Of a DNA stretch of 64,000 nt, positions 48,659 to 58,708 are shown one piece after another. The translations under genes were made by a program, and so were the position numbers. The DNA lies in assembly GCA_004212155.1 (NCBI GenBank), contig RXIG01000001.1:143679-207678 (forward strand). Reading direction: 5' to 3'. Within the stretch, counting starts at the first letter, position 1. Each line of letters begins with the position of its first letter. The notes under the pieces were generated by a model that did not search any database, had not been told where the DNA came from, and saw nothing but the letters and a program-made list of their open reading frames with translations. Source of the DNA: an archaeon. GTDB taxonomy: Archaea > Methanobacteriota_B > Thermococci > Methanofastidiosales > NM3.

Positions 48659-48805
48659 TCATTCCTCTACTATCTGCAGTTCGTCAGGGGCAATGATCGC
48701 ACCGCAGCAGGGGCAGTAGACATTGCCGTTCTTGTCGGTGCGCAGGTCATCGGTACTTGCCGCCTTCCATTCACATCCGCATACTGGGCATCGATATAAG
48801 GTCAT
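48659..48805 (-). CDS. 48-aa CPxCG zinc-finger microprotein (below the ORF-track cutoff)
   Basis: Manual translation MTLYRCPVCGCEWKAASTDDLRTDKNGNVYCPCCGAIIAPDELQIVEE*. Confidence 0.7.
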   Translation of the reverse strand: MTLYRCPVCGCEWKAASTDDLRTDKNGNVYCPCCGAIIAPDELQIVEE

Positions 48806-48976
48806 GGGATCGTGTGTATGTCTGCATTGCGCTTTAAGACAGTATCGATTATAAGGATTATTATATATTTTATATATTTTTATTATAAATATATATTATA
48901 ATTCAATAATATTTATATATCTCTATTTTTACATACGAGATTGTCACCCTCCCATGTGGAGGTGTGGGTGAACGAC

Positions 48977-49138
48977 ATGAACGAAGAAACATACGAATGC
49001 CACCACTGTGGCTACGAGACGGATTGTGTCGATACGTACTTCTATCGACACGAGAAGGACGGGGGATTCCATACGGTGCCCCTGTGCCCAAAATGCGGAA
49101 AAGCGATGCGATGCGTCGTGATGGTATGCGGTGTTTAG
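48977..49138 (+). CDS. 53-aa zinc-finger microprotein
   Basis: YECHHCG...LCPKCG; GGTGA upstream of ATG 48977. Confidence 0.7.
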   Translation: MNEETYECHHCGYETDCVDTYFYRHEKDGGFHTVPLCPKCGKAMRCVVMVCGV

Positions 49139-49199
49139 ACCGCATTGCTTTTTTGTTTAATTCTTGCAATTACTAAAAAAAAGAAAGGAACAGGTGGTA

Positions 49200-49550
49200 T
49201 TATTCGTTATGCGAACCCTCCTCTTCCTTCGTCCGCACACGAATCACCTGTTCCACGCTTGAGATGAAGATCTTTCCATCCCCTATCTCTCCCGTGTATG
49301 CGGATTCGAGTATCGTGTCGACAACAGCCTTTACCTGTTTTTCCTCTATCACGATACAGAGCTTGATCTTTGGAAGGAGGTCGACGCGGTACTTCCTTCC
49401 GCGCCATTGGCGTTCGATGCCGCCCTGACTTCCCCTTCCACGAACCTCAGTTACCGTCATGCCCAGACATCCCATCTCCTCAAGGGCCCCCTTGACATGA
49501 TCGAGCCTCTCGGGACGTATCACTGCCTCAATCTTTTTCATTGCGATCAC
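49200..49550 (-). CDS. glnK: P-II nitrogen regulatory protein
   Basis: MKKIEAVIRP, GRGSQ and TGEIGDGKIF motifs; follows amt. Confidence 0.94.
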   Translation of the reverse strand: MIAMKKIEAVIRPERLDHVKGALEEMGCLGMTVTEVRGRGSQGGIERQWRGRKYRVDLLPKIKLCIVIEEKQVKAVVDTILESAYTGEIGDGKIFISSVEQVIRVRTKEEEGSHNE

Positions 49551-49555
49551 CTTGT

Positions 49556-50785
49556 CTACTCCCTGACGAACTCAGGATATGCGTCTGCCCCGAACTCGGT
49601 CGTGTCAAGACCGCGAAGCTCTATCGTCTCAGATACGCGAAGCCCCATGGACTTGTCTATCCCGTATGCGATTATAAGCGAGAGCGGGAATACGAGGAGG
49701 AACGTCGCCCCTGCCCCAAGCGCTTGGGTCGCAAGTTGTGAAACGCTTCCCGTTGTTAGGAGCCCCGACTCCGATGCGAACAGCCCCACGGCGAGCGTGC
49801 CCCAAAGCCCGTTTATGCCATGTACGGAGATGGCGCCTACGGGGTCATCGATCTTGAATCTCGATTCAATGATGTCGACGGCATAGACGACGATCACCCC
49901 TGCGACAAGCCCGATGAGCATCGCCCAGAGCGGGGTAACGAATGCACACGGTGCCGTGATGGCGACGAGCCCGGCGAGTATGCCGTTCATGGTCATGCCG
50001 GTGTCCGGCTTTCCATTTCGTTTCCATGTCAGGAGAAGCGCTGAGAATCCGCCTCCTACCGCGGACAGATATGTCGTCGTCGCTATCGTGCCAAGCATCT
50101 CATTGACCGCAAGCTCGCTTCCCGCGTTGAATCCAAACCATCCGACCCAGAGGAGAAAGAGCCCTATGGTGGCAAGCCCGATGTCATGGCCTGCGATGGC
50201 AAGCGGTTTTCCGTCATGGGAGAACTTTCCGATGCGGGGGCCGAGGACGAACGCCGATGCGAGCGCCGCCCAGCCACCGACGCTGTGCACCACCGTTGAA
50301 CCGGCAAAGTCAAGAAATCCCCTCTCTGCAAGCCATCCGCCGCCCCATATCCAATGGGCGATGGTGGGGTATATGAATGCAACGAGGAGGGCGCAGATGA
50401 CAAGATACGCTGTGAACTTGATCCTCTCTGCCACTGCACCGCTCACGATCGTCGCAGCGGTGGCTGCAAACATCATCTGGAACAAAAAGAACACGTTGGA
50501 GGGGAGCGCAAGGTCTCCCCACGGCGCCGACGTGATGCCGTTCATGAACGCAAGGTTCACGCCACCGATCAATGCCCCGTCGCCGGAAAACGCGATGCTG
50601 AATCCGATGATGAAAAACACGAGGCTCCCCACTATGACGGTGCTTAGGTTCTTCATTATGATACTTACAGTGTTCTTTGAACGAGTGAATCCCGACTCCA
50701 GCGTTGCAAACCCCAGGTGCATGATGAAGACGAGGCTGCTTGCTATCAACACCCAGAGCGTGTCGACATAGCTAATTTCTATCAT
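49556..50785 (-). CDS. amt: Ammonium transporter
   Basis: FQMMFAAT, DFAGSTVVH, GWFGFNAGS and DDPVGAISVHG motifs. Confidence 0.96.
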   Translation of the reverse strand: MIEISYVDTLWVLIASSLVFIMHLGFATLESGFTRSKNTVSIIMKNLSTVIVGSLVFFIIGFSIAFSGDGALIGGVNLAFMNGITSAPWGDLALPSNVFFLFQMMFAATAATIVSGAVAERIKFTAYLVICALLVAFIYPTIAHWIWGGGWLAERGFLDFAGSTVVHSVGGWAALASAFVLGPRIGKFSHDGKPLAIAGHDIGLATIGLFLLWVGWFGFNAGSELAVNEMLGTIATTTYLSAVGGGFSALLLTWKRNGKPDTGMTMNGILAGLVAITAPCAFVTPLWAMLIGLVAGVIVVYAVDIIESRFKIDDPVGAISVHGINGLWGTLAVGLFASESGLLTTGSVSQLATQALGAGATFLLVFPLSLIIAYGIDKSMGLRVSETIELRGLDTTEFGADAYPEFVRE

Positions 50786-51068
50786 TTCTTGTATCTCCTT
50801 TTCATTTGTTTTATTTTTTTTATTTTTTATTTACTTATATTCATTTTATTTTCTATTTTTTATACAAATGTATAAGATACGTGACACACTCACAAGGGCT
50901 ATAAATAGTTTTTGTATAATTTTTGAACAATTTTATACTAATGTCTTGTATTACTATATTATTTTATTCAATCATACATTATTTTTATATATTTATATAT
51001 GAATGTCTATTCTAGAACAAACACATCGTATCATAAATTTCTTTAATGAACGATGTGTTGGTACCTTG

Positions 51069-51317
51069 ATGGCAAAAAAGGGCACTCTGGCCTATTACGT
51101 CGAACTCCTCGATAAGGCATACAGGGCCACACTCGCCACATACGTGGCGTCTATCGTTCTCTTCTGGCTCTACTGGGTGTTCTCACGCCACAAACACGGC
51201 GACGCCTGGATCGCCCTATTGGCATGGGGCATCATCGAAGTACTCCTCTATTATGGCATCTACTTCGGGTCGCTCCCGCGGCGCGTCCAAGAAAAGTATG
51301 GAAAAGAAGAGGCATGA
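51069..51317 (+). CDS. Small two-TM membrane protein
   Basis: 82-aa ORF with two hydrophobic segments, convergent with usp. Confidence 0.65.
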   Translation: MAKKGTLAYYVELLDKAYRATLATYVASIVLFWLYWVFSRHKHGDAWIALLAWGIIEVLLYYGIYFGSLPRRVQEKYGKEEA

Positions 51318-51319
51318 GC

Positions 51320-51736
51320 TTATCGGACGAGCAACACGGGACAGTGTGCCTTATCAGCGACGATCTCAGAGACATGCCCCATACCGACGTTGCCATAGGG
51401 GGACTTGCCTCTCGTTCCCATGACGATAAGGTCGAATCCTTCCTCTTTGGCAACGTGCACTATCATCTCCGGAACAGGACCGTAGAAGACCCGTGTCGTC
51501 GTGGGCACGTTATAGAGGCGAGCGCGCATGCGCATCTCCTCAAGGAACGATTCTGCCCCCTCACTGCGACGCTGTTGCGTTCCCTCGTCCTCCGGAACAT
51601 TTTCCTCAATCACGTGGAGGAGATGTATGGTCGCATCCGATCCCCGTGCAAGATTGGCGGCGTACTGTATCGCCTTCAATGAGTTCTTGGAGCCGTCGAC
51701 CGGCACCAGTATGTTGTCTATGCGCGTGGCGTCCAT
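51320..51736 (-). CDS. Universal stress protein
   Basis: ILVPVDGS, DLIVMGTRG, MGHVSE and CPVLLVR motifs. Confidence 0.92.
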   Translation of the reverse strand: MDATRIDNILVPVDGSKNSLKAIQYAANLARGSDATIHLLHVIEENVPEDEGTQQRRSEGAESFLEEMRMRARLYNVPTTTRVFYGPVPEMIVHVAKEEGFDLIVMGTRGKSPYGNVGMGHVSEIVADKAHCPVLLVR

Positions 51737-51755
51737 CTTCACACCATTGGTCGCG

Positions 51756-52582
51756 TCAGAGCTCATACGTCCAACCGACGAATCCCCAGTCATAGTCTCG
51801 GCCGAGACATGACCTGAGCATTGCGGCTGACGCGAGTCCCGTACAATGGAATCCATACATGCGTATGCTCTCTTTCCGGAGGTAGCCAACGGTCCTTTCG
51901 AGACGCTCCTTGGGCGCGTTCACGAGGTGGGTGCCGCCTGCGACCGCAGTGATGGGCAGGTCGGTGAGGGTCTTACACCGTTTGATGGTGTTGACAAGGC
52001 CGCTATGTGTACACCCGAGCAATACGATCGCCTCGGAACCGTTGTCAACGATGACCGATTGATCATCGATAATGGGGTCATATGCGAGCGTGCCGCCATC
52101 ATCCCTCTTGAATCGTTCAGGCACCTCCTCTGTCGGCTCGTTGCGGGGGACTTCGCCCGTCGTGCGGATGTGGGGGTGACCTCGACACTGTCTTTGTCGA
52201 GGGAAAGTGTCGACCTTGATTCGATCGTATCCCTGTCTATCGGCATGCCGATATACGTTGGATTGACACCATCGTAGACCTGGTACTTCTTCTCGAAGAC
52301 GAGGGGTTGCGCATGGACGGTGGGATTGCATAGCGAGAGGAGCCCGGAGAGGCCACCGGTATGGTCGTAATGCCCGTGGCTGATGATCACATCGTCGACG
52401 TGCGTGAGTTCCTTTTTCATCGAGGCCGCGTTATGTGTGAGCACGGGGTAGCTCTGTCCAGTGTCAAAGAGCACGGTGCGCTCCCCTGCTTCGATGAGAA
52501 ACGATATGCCGTGCTCCCCCCAGTAAGTGCTGGAGTACTTGACGGTGTTATCGCACAGGCAGGTAATGGTTGTTTTTTCCAT
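51756..52582 (-). pseudogene. COG1237-type MBL-fold hydrolase split by a 1-nt frameshift at a G5/C5 run (52172-52176); may be a sequencing error
   Basis: N-half (GEHG, SHGHYDHTGG) and C-half (DDQS, GCTHSG, GGTH, HCTG) lie in different frames; adding one C joins VTP to HIRTTGEV. Confidence 0.82.
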
Positions 52583-52590
52583 GTGCCCAC

Positions 52591-53166
52591 TTACCTAGGT
52601 TTGCACAGTATCTCGTGATAGGCGAAGTCAAAGACCGCGTTCGAGTGGGCCGGTGTCACGACGCACGCAGTGTCAGCCCCTTTGCCCGTGCCTCCGATGA
52701 CCATGATCTCCTCGTCCATGGGCACAAGCCCCGCATCAGCGGCCATGATCGTGATCTCTAAGACGACCTTGATGCCATGTCCGAACAATCGCAGCGTCTG
52801 TGCCATGAGCTCCTGAGGTGAGAGGAGCCCGAACTTGTTCTTGATGCCACGACCCACGCCAGAGAGCGCATGCGATGTGGTGAGTACCTTGACGCCCTTT
52901 TCCAGAAGCGCTTGTCGAGCCTCTGGGGGCATGCGGTCAACACCCTTTTCCTTGAAGCCGACCATGTGTGTGATGGCCACAACGTTGTTCGTAGCAGGAT
53001 CGACGCGTTTTATGAGCTCTTCAGCAGTATATCCTGACGTCGTTGCGACAACGAACGTGGTGATGCCAAGCTCCTTTGCCCGTGCCACCGCCCTGTCAAT
53101 GCAGTCGTTGGTCGCGTCCTTTCCGGGAGAGGAGAAATACGTTATAGCTTGTTCATCCTTTTCCAT
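52591..53166 (-). CDS. Pyruvate kinase C-terminal-like domain protein (MTH1675/DUF1867 type)
   Basis: VVATTSGYTA, HALSGVGR, MAADAG, GGTGKGADTA and EILCKPR motifs. Confidence 0.85.
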   Translation of the reverse strand: MEKDEQAITYFSSPGKDATNDCIDRAVARAKELGITTFVVATTSGYTAEELIKRVDPATNNVVAITHMVGFKEKGVDRMPPEARQALLEKGVKVLTTSHALSGVGRGIKNKFGLLSPQELMAQTLRLFGHGIKVVLEITIMAADAGLVPMDEEIMVIGGTGKGADTACVVTPAHSNAVFDFAYHEILCKPR

Positions 53167-53293
53167 TTTTTCCACCTTCTTGATGTCTCTACTCTCCCTA
53201 GCAGTTATTTAATTTTGCCCATGATGGCACATCTTTTTGTGATGCAACCCCAGAACCCACAATCCTTTTAATCGGCCATGCACTAGGTCAGCC

Positions 53294-54580
53294 ATGCATC
53301 TCAATCTCGATCTCCATTCCCACTCCGGGTACGCGGGAGGCGTCGGGAATACGTCGTTTGATGCCATCGAGCGCAACATGCCGCTCAAGGGCATCGATAT
53401 CGTGGGCACGGGGGATTGCCTCCATCCAATCTGGTACGATATGCTGCGCTCGACGTTGCACGAATCTTCCACAGGACTCTTCTCGGTAACAGATGATAGC
53501 ACGATATCATATATGCTCCAGACGGAGATCATCATCACGGCAGATATCGGTGATCGGAGAAAGGGCGTGCACAACGTTATCCTGTTTCCCACGTTCGAGA
53601 GCGTAGACGCTACTCGTTCACTTCTGGAAAAATGGGGTGTCAAGAACACCGTTGGCCGTCCATTCCTGTGCTGTGAAGGACCAGATGATGTGGCCCGAAA
53701 GCTTTCGGCCATCCATGGGGTCGATGACATGATCGAGATCGTTCCCGCCCACGTCATGACTCCTGAGGGCGTATTTGGTTCGAAGGCGCCCGTTGACTCG
53801 CTTTGTGATTTCTACAGTGATGCGACTGATCTCATGTCCATGGTGGAAACAGGCTTATCGGCAGACCCCCTGATACTTGCAATGGTGCCAGAACTGGACA
53901 GGATGACGCTTATATCGAACAGTGATGCGCACTCGCCCGCACTGCACCGTATGGGCAGGGAGTTTACCACCGTCGATGCCCGGCGAAGCTACGAGTCGAT
54001 CATCACGGGACTACGTCGCGGGCACGTGGTGCATACGGCGGAGTTCAATCCTTCAGAAGGCCGTTACTTCCTCACTGGTCACCGTGCCGGACGCAAAGGG
54101 CACACACAGGGGGAATACTGCATCTTCTCGCCCCGGCACACGCCGCCTGACGGCAAATGCCCTATATGTGGAAAAAGCCTGACAGTGGGCGTGCTCGAAC
54201 GAGCTGCGCACCTCTCAAGGGCGCAGGGCGAGGAACGCACGCTCGATTCGGTGCGACCTTCGACGCAATTCGTACACATGGTGCCGCTCGTGGAGATCAT
54301 TGCCCATAATCGCGGCATATCGTCCGTTTCATCCAAGAAGGTCCTGTCCGCCTACCATGAGGTGACGTCGATATGCAACGAATGCGACCTGTGGTTCGAG
54401 TCGGAGTCTGCTGTAAGGAAAATGTTGGCAGGCATCGTCACCGATTCGCTGATAGACGACATCATCCAGGTCAAGAGGGGCAACTTCACGTTCACTCCCG
54501 CCGGTTACGATGGGGAGTACGGTGCGTTAACGATAGGTGTGCAAGGCGATGTGGAGGACGTTTCCATCGTGCACCGCTAG
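53294..54580 (+). CDS. Endonuclease Q family protein (PHP domain plus Zn finger)
   Basis: DLHSHS, GTGDCLHP, PAHVMTP, ETGLSAD, SNSDAHS, CPICG...GVLER and GYDGEYG motifs. Confidence 0.88.
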   Translation: MHLNLDLHSHSGYAGGVGNTSFDAIERNMPLKGIDIVGTGDCLHPIWYDMLRSTLHESSTGLFSVTDDSTISYMLQTEIIITADIGDRRKGVHNVILFPTFESVDATRSLLEKWGVKNTVGRPFLCCEGPDDVARKLSAIHGVDDMIEIVPAHVMTPEGVFGSKAPVDSLCDFYSDATDLMSMVETGLSADPLILAMVPELDRMTLISNSDAHSPALHRMGREFTTVDARRSYESIITGLRRGHVVHTAEFNPSEGRYFLTGHRAGRKGHTQGEYCIFSPRHTPPDGKCPICGKSLTVGVLERAAHLSRAQGEERTLDSVRPSTQFVHMVPLVEIIAHNRGISSVSSKKVLSAYHEVTSICNECDLWFESESAVRKMLAGIVTDSLIDDIIQVKRGNFTFTPAGYDGEYGALTIGVQGDVEDVSIVHR

Positions 54581-55044
54581 AAGAGTGCCAGGATCTTTGA
54601 TACGCCAAATGCGATGAGCGTGCAGCCGATGATGCTCCCGAGCGTCAAGAGGCCGTACGTGTATGCCCTCCTGAGCTTGAGCACATGGGTGAGGAGCACT
54701 CCGCTCCACATGCCACCGCCCTGGATGGGCATGGCCGACACAACGACGATGCCAACGATTCCCATCTTTCGCGCCCAGAGCACCAGTCTCGACTTCTCCA
54801 GGCGATGCGACCGTTGTTCGATGTGAGCGCTGACCTTTTGCATGATCCCTGTGTTCGAGGTGTGCGTGTAGATATGTTCAAAGACAGGTATCTGCAATAC
54901 ATCAAGCACGATGGCAAAAATTATGAGGATATGCACGTTCGTTCCGATGGCGAGCATGTACGGTATCGATATCTTCCTTCCGAGGAGGATGTGCATGAAA
55001 AAGAATGTGACTGCGACGGTAACGGTATGCATCGTATCACTCAT
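54577..55044 (-). CDS. Small multi-drug export-like membrane protein (COG2426)
   Basis: MPIQGGGMWSG motif; about 4 TM segments. Confidence 0.7.
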   Translation of the reverse strand: MSDTMHTVTVAVTFFFMHILLGRKISIPYMLAIGTNVHILIIFAIVLDVLQIPVFEHIYTHTSNTGIMQKVSAHIEQRSHRLEKSRLVLWARKMGIVGIVVVSAMPIQGGGMWSGVLLTHVLKLRRAYTYGLLTLGSIIGCTLIAFGVSKILALF

Positions 55045-55865
55045 ATGCCTATGTAGAGCCCGAGGATGCCAATCACGATGAGCACTTTCAAATATGTTTT
55101 TACCCGTTCAGCCGTCCGCACCGTAGGGGATCGTATCAAAAGTGAGAGGATATATAGAATCGGGATGTCAACGCCAACGAGCATTGTTGCGAGGTAATAG
55201 ATATTGTAGAGCCCCATAAGATATGGTATGGGTGTGATGCACATCAGAAGGATAAGCGGCAGTGCCCCCAACTTGAGCGATGTAGACGTTCCGTAGCGGA
55301 TTGCAAGCGTGTGGGCGCCGCCCGCTTCATCGCCTGTAAGGTCCTCGGTGTCCTTAACGATCTCCCTGCTGAGATTGATGAGGAATGCGAACAAGGCAAC
55401 GAACACGATCTTCTCGATGCCGGCCACGGACACGCCGCCATAGACGATGGCCATACCCGTAAGCCCTGCAACGGTGAGATTGCCGGGCAATCCCATGTGC
55501 TTGAGCGACTTGGCGTAGTAGTAGAGCACGACGGATGCGCCCACTGCGATGACAAGGCATGCGTAATTGATAAACAACGCTACGATCGACCCACATGCAA
55601 ACGATAGTATCGAGAAGTACAACGCCTCCCTACGGCTCACCCTGCCGGAGGGAATGGGGCGATTGGGCTTGTTGATCCTGTCGATATCGTAATCGAAGTA
55701 ATCATTGATCGCGTTGCCACCCGACGAGATGAAGATCACCGATGCAACGGCAAGCAGGATCGTTGCGTCCATCTCGTGTGTCATGAATCCGGCCAACACC
55801 ACCGCCAGCGATGCGAGAAGCGAATTGAGCGGCCGCGTGAGCATGAAGAGCCCCTTGGCATCCAT
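55041..55865 (-). CDS. UbiA-family DGGGP synthase (archaeal lipid synthesis)
   Basis: RPLN, NDYFDYDIDRINKPNRPIPSG and REIVKDTED motifs. Confidence 0.9.
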   Translation of the reverse strand: MDAKGLFMLTRPLNSLLASLAVVLAGFMTHEMDATILLAVASVIFISSGGNAINDYFDYDIDRINKPNRPIPSGRVSRREALYFSILSFACGSIVALFINYACLVIAVGASVVLYYYAKSLKHMGLPGNLTVAGLTGMAIVYGGVSVAGIEKIVFVALFAFLINLSREIVKDTEDLTGDEAGGAHTLAIRYGTSTSLKLGALPLILLMCITPIPYLMGLYNIYYLATMLVGVDIPILYILSLLIRSPTVRTAERVKTYLKVLIVIGILGLYIGI

Positions 55866-55915
55866 GCATGCTGATACTCCCAAACACTTATAAAACATTT
55901 GTTTGTACTCTCAGC

Positions 55916-56584
55916 ATGGGATTCGTGCAGCTTTCAAGCGGCGGCAAGGACTCTGTCTATTCTATGCATCGTGCCATGCAGCAGGGTGTTTCATTCTCCG
56001 AGATCCTTACTGTCGTCCCCCGTCGCGAGGACTCCTACATGTTCCATTACCCCAATGCACGATGGGCCGAGCTGCAGGCCAGGGCGATGGACCTTCCGCA
56101 CCGTTTCGTACATACCGAGGGCGTCAAGGAGCGCGAACTTGAAGACCTCAGGGATGCTTTGGCGTCCATGGACATCGATGGCGTGTGCAGCGGGGCGGTG
56201 AAGTCGTCGTATCAGTTCGATCGCATCAAGGCACTGTGCGATGACCTTAATCTGGAATGCATCTCCCCGTTATGGCAGTGCGATGAACGGGCGCTCATTC
56301 ACGAGGCTGCATCGGTGCTTGATATCGTGATCGTCGGTGTATATGCGTGGGGACTTGGGCGCGACCTCTTAGGACGCCACATCGATGAGGAATTTCTTGC
56401 ATTCCTTGATGTGGCACACGAGCGCTATGGCGTCAATTACGTTGGTGAAGGGGGAGAATATGAGACGTACGTCGTCGATGCGCCCCAATTCAAAAAAAGC
56501 ATTCATATCATGGATTCCTCGGTCGTATGGGAACGTGATTCTGGATATCTTTCAATAACTAGCGCAACACTTGAAGATAAATAA
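55916..56584 (+). CDS. dph6: Diphthine--ammonia ligase family protein
   Basis: SGGKDS, DSYMFH, SPLW and GEGGEYET motifs. Confidence 0.9.
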   Translation: MGFVQLSSGGKDSVYSMHRAMQQGVSFSEILTVVPRREDSYMFHYPNARWAELQARAMDLPHRFVHTEGVKERELEDLRDALASMDIDGVCSGAVKSSYQFDRIKALCDDLNLECISPLWQCDERALIHEAASVLDIVIVGVYAWGLGRDLLGRHIDEEFLAFLDVAHERYGVNYVGEGGEYETYVVDAPQFKKSIHIMDSSVVWERDSGYLSITSATLEDK

Positions 56585-56679
56585 GTTATAGTATAATATT
56601 TTTAATTCTTTAATATTTTTATATTCTTGATAGTTATATTATTTATTTTTTAGAATATAATATAGGAATATTTTTATAT

Positions 56680-56713
56680 ATGGGTATATTATCCATACAA
56701 ACCTTTTTATATA
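56680..56713 (+). promoter_or_regulatory. Palindrome ATGGGTA-TAT-TATCCAT followed after 7 nt by TTTTTATATA
   Basis: Same element and spacing recur at 58709-58742. Confidence 0.68.
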
Positions 56714-56782
56714 TATTTCATGAGATAACGCGAGATTTCAAAGATGGAATCTCTTTTTTACTATATGTGCGGAGGAAAAAAT

Positions 56783-58534
56783 ATGGTACGTGAAATGACA
56801 CCAAAAAGAAGATTTCTGACCGCTTTGCAAGGCGGTAACACGGACCGAAGGTCCGCTATCGTTCTTTCAAACTTCGTTGTTCCACTCATGGAAGCAACAG
56901 GCGTAAGCTGGCCAGACTGCCAGTTGAAGCCCGAAGTGCTTGCCAAGTTCCAGGCCGGACGATACGAAGTGTGTGGCCTTGACAGCATTTTCAGCCACAA
57001 TGACCTCGTGAGCGAAGTGACGCAGATCGGCGGTACCGACATTATCGACATTGGAACGAAGGACAGGCACCCTTCTGTTGTCAAGCACATCTGGAAAGGC
57101 AAGGAGCCAGAGGACTGCGCCATCCCGGAGAATGCTATAGAGAACGGCCGAAACCCCATCATACAGGGTTGTCTCGATATCGTCTCTGAGAACTATGGCG
57201 ACACCGTCAGCTGTTGCCGAGTGCTTACCGGTCCGATCACCGTAGCAGGCCACCTTTGGGGCGTTGAGCCACTTCTCGAGATGTCAAAGACAAACCCCGA
57301 CAAGTTCATGCAGTGTCTGGACATCGTCAACGACCTTCTTATCGATACGGCACGCGATGCGATCGACAATCATGGTGCTGATTCGGTCTACATGCCCGAC
57401 CCGACAGCATCCGGCGACCTTCTCTCGCCAGCATCGTTTAGCCAGCTCATGCTTCCCATCTACCAGCGATTCACGAAGGCGATCAAGGATGTTCCATCAT
57501 TCTTGCACATCTGCGGAAACACAGCACCGTTCCTTATGCACGCACCCGACTCGGGATTCGATGCGTTCTCATTCGAGGCGCCCGGCTGCGTCGCAGCCGA
57601 TGCGAAGCGCACCATCGGCGACAGGATGGCGCTCATCGGCTCGCTTGAGACCGTTCGCGTCATGATGCTTGGCTCGCCTGAGCTTGTTTACCAGGAAGCA
57701 CTTGAAAACATCAGAGACGGCGTTGACATCGTGTCCCCAGCATGCGGCACTCCACCATACACGCCGATCGAGAACATCAAGGCTCTCGTCGACGCGACGA
57801 AAAAGCATGAGAAGAAGAAAAAGAAAAGGAAGCCCAAGGTAGAGATCGTTGCCGAGTTCATGCCTGAAGGACCCAAGTTCAAGGAACTCACCGAGGTCGT
57901 GATGGAGGGTGACGCAGAATCGGCGGAAAAGATCACCAAGCAGCTTCTCGAAGAGGGCGTCGACGCCGTTGACATCGTCGAGAAGGCGCTCCTCCCAGGT
58001 GCGATCGCCGTTGCAAAGCTCTACGACGGAGGCTACGTCTTCGTGCCGGAGATCCTCCTTGCCAGCGGAGCGATGCAGGCAGGCATCGAGCACTGCAAGG
58101 ACGCTCTTGCAGGCATCGAGAAGCAGGGCAAGATCATCATGCACGTCGCAGATGGTGATGTCCACGAGATCGGCAAGAACATCGTCGCAACGATCCTCGA
58201 GGCCAAGGGGTATGAGGTCGTCGACCTTGGAAAGTCCGTGTTGCCCGACAAGGTCATCGAGGCCATCAAGAACGAGAAGCCCGATGTCGTCTCAGGCACG
58301 TCGCTCATGACATCGACCCGAAACGCCTTCCCGAAGATCGCTGCGAAGATGCAGGAAGAAGGCCTCAACCAACCATTCGTCGTTGCAGGAGGCTCAGTCG
58401 ACACGACCTTTGCAGAGTCCATGGACTTTGCCATCTACGCAGACGGTCCAGAGGTCGGCGACTCCGTCCTCAAGGCTGCCAAGCAGGGCAAGTCATGGAA
58501 GGACATCCGCGACGAGGTCCATTCGTCATACTAA
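56783..58534 (+). CDS. Fused MT2 (MtaA/MtsA/CmuA family) methyltransferase and corrinoid protein, paralog 1
   Basis: MTPKRRF, DPTAS, Zn ligands LHICG and PACG, Lys-rich linker, FVPEILL cap, DVHEIG (DxHxxG). Confidence 0.93.
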   Translation: MVREMTPKRRFLTALQGGNTDRRSAIVLSNFVVPLMEATGVSWPDCQLKPEVLAKFQAGRYEVCGLDSIFSHNDLVSEVTQIGGTDIIDIGTKDRHPSVVKHIWKGKEPEDCAIPENAIENGRNPIIQGCLDIVSENYGDTVSCCRVLTGPITVAGHLWGVEPLLEMSKTNPDKFMQCLDIVNDLLIDTARDAIDNHGADSVYMPDPTASGDLLSPASFSQLMLPIYQRFTKAIKDVPSFLHICGNTAPFLMHAPDSGFDAFSFEAPGCVAADAKRTIGDRMALIGSLETVRVMMLGSPELVYQEALENIRDGVDIVSPACGTPPYTPIENIKALVDATKKHEKKKKKRKPKVEIVAEFMPEGPKFKELTEVVMEGDAESAEKITKQLLEEGVDAVDIVEKALLPGAIAVAKLYDGGYVFVPEILLASGAMQAGIEHCKDALAGIEKQGKIIMHVADGDVHEIGKNIVATILEAKGYEVVDLGKSVLPDKVIEAIKNEKPDVVSGTSLMTSTRNAFPKIAAKMQEEGLNQPFVVAGGSVDTTFAESMDFAIYADGPEVGDSVLKAAKQGKSWKDIRDEVHSSY

Positions 58535-58540
58535 GCCCAC

Positions 58541-58581
58541 GAAAGGGCCGACATGCTCGGCCCTTTCTTCCCTTTTTCTTT
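58541..58581 (+). terminator. 11-bp hairpin followed by a pyrimidine/T-rich tract
   Basis: GAAAGGGCCGA-CATGC-TCGGCCCTTTC then TTCCCTTTTTCTTT, just after the stop. Confidence 0.7.
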
Positions 58582-58708
58582 GTGCCTTATAGTATACTAT
58601 ATAATGAATGTTCAATAATCGAACATTGTATAATATTTGTTGATTTTATTGACTTGCCTTTAAGGGTATTAGTCAATTTTAGTAAATTATTCTCATTAAG
58701 AATTTATC

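Noticed and set aside
48826-48940. AT-rich tracts (also 19020-19110, 28310-28400, 56585-56720) as DNA unwinding elements
   Set aside because: No flanking ORBs; they are adequately explained as promoter or terminator spacers
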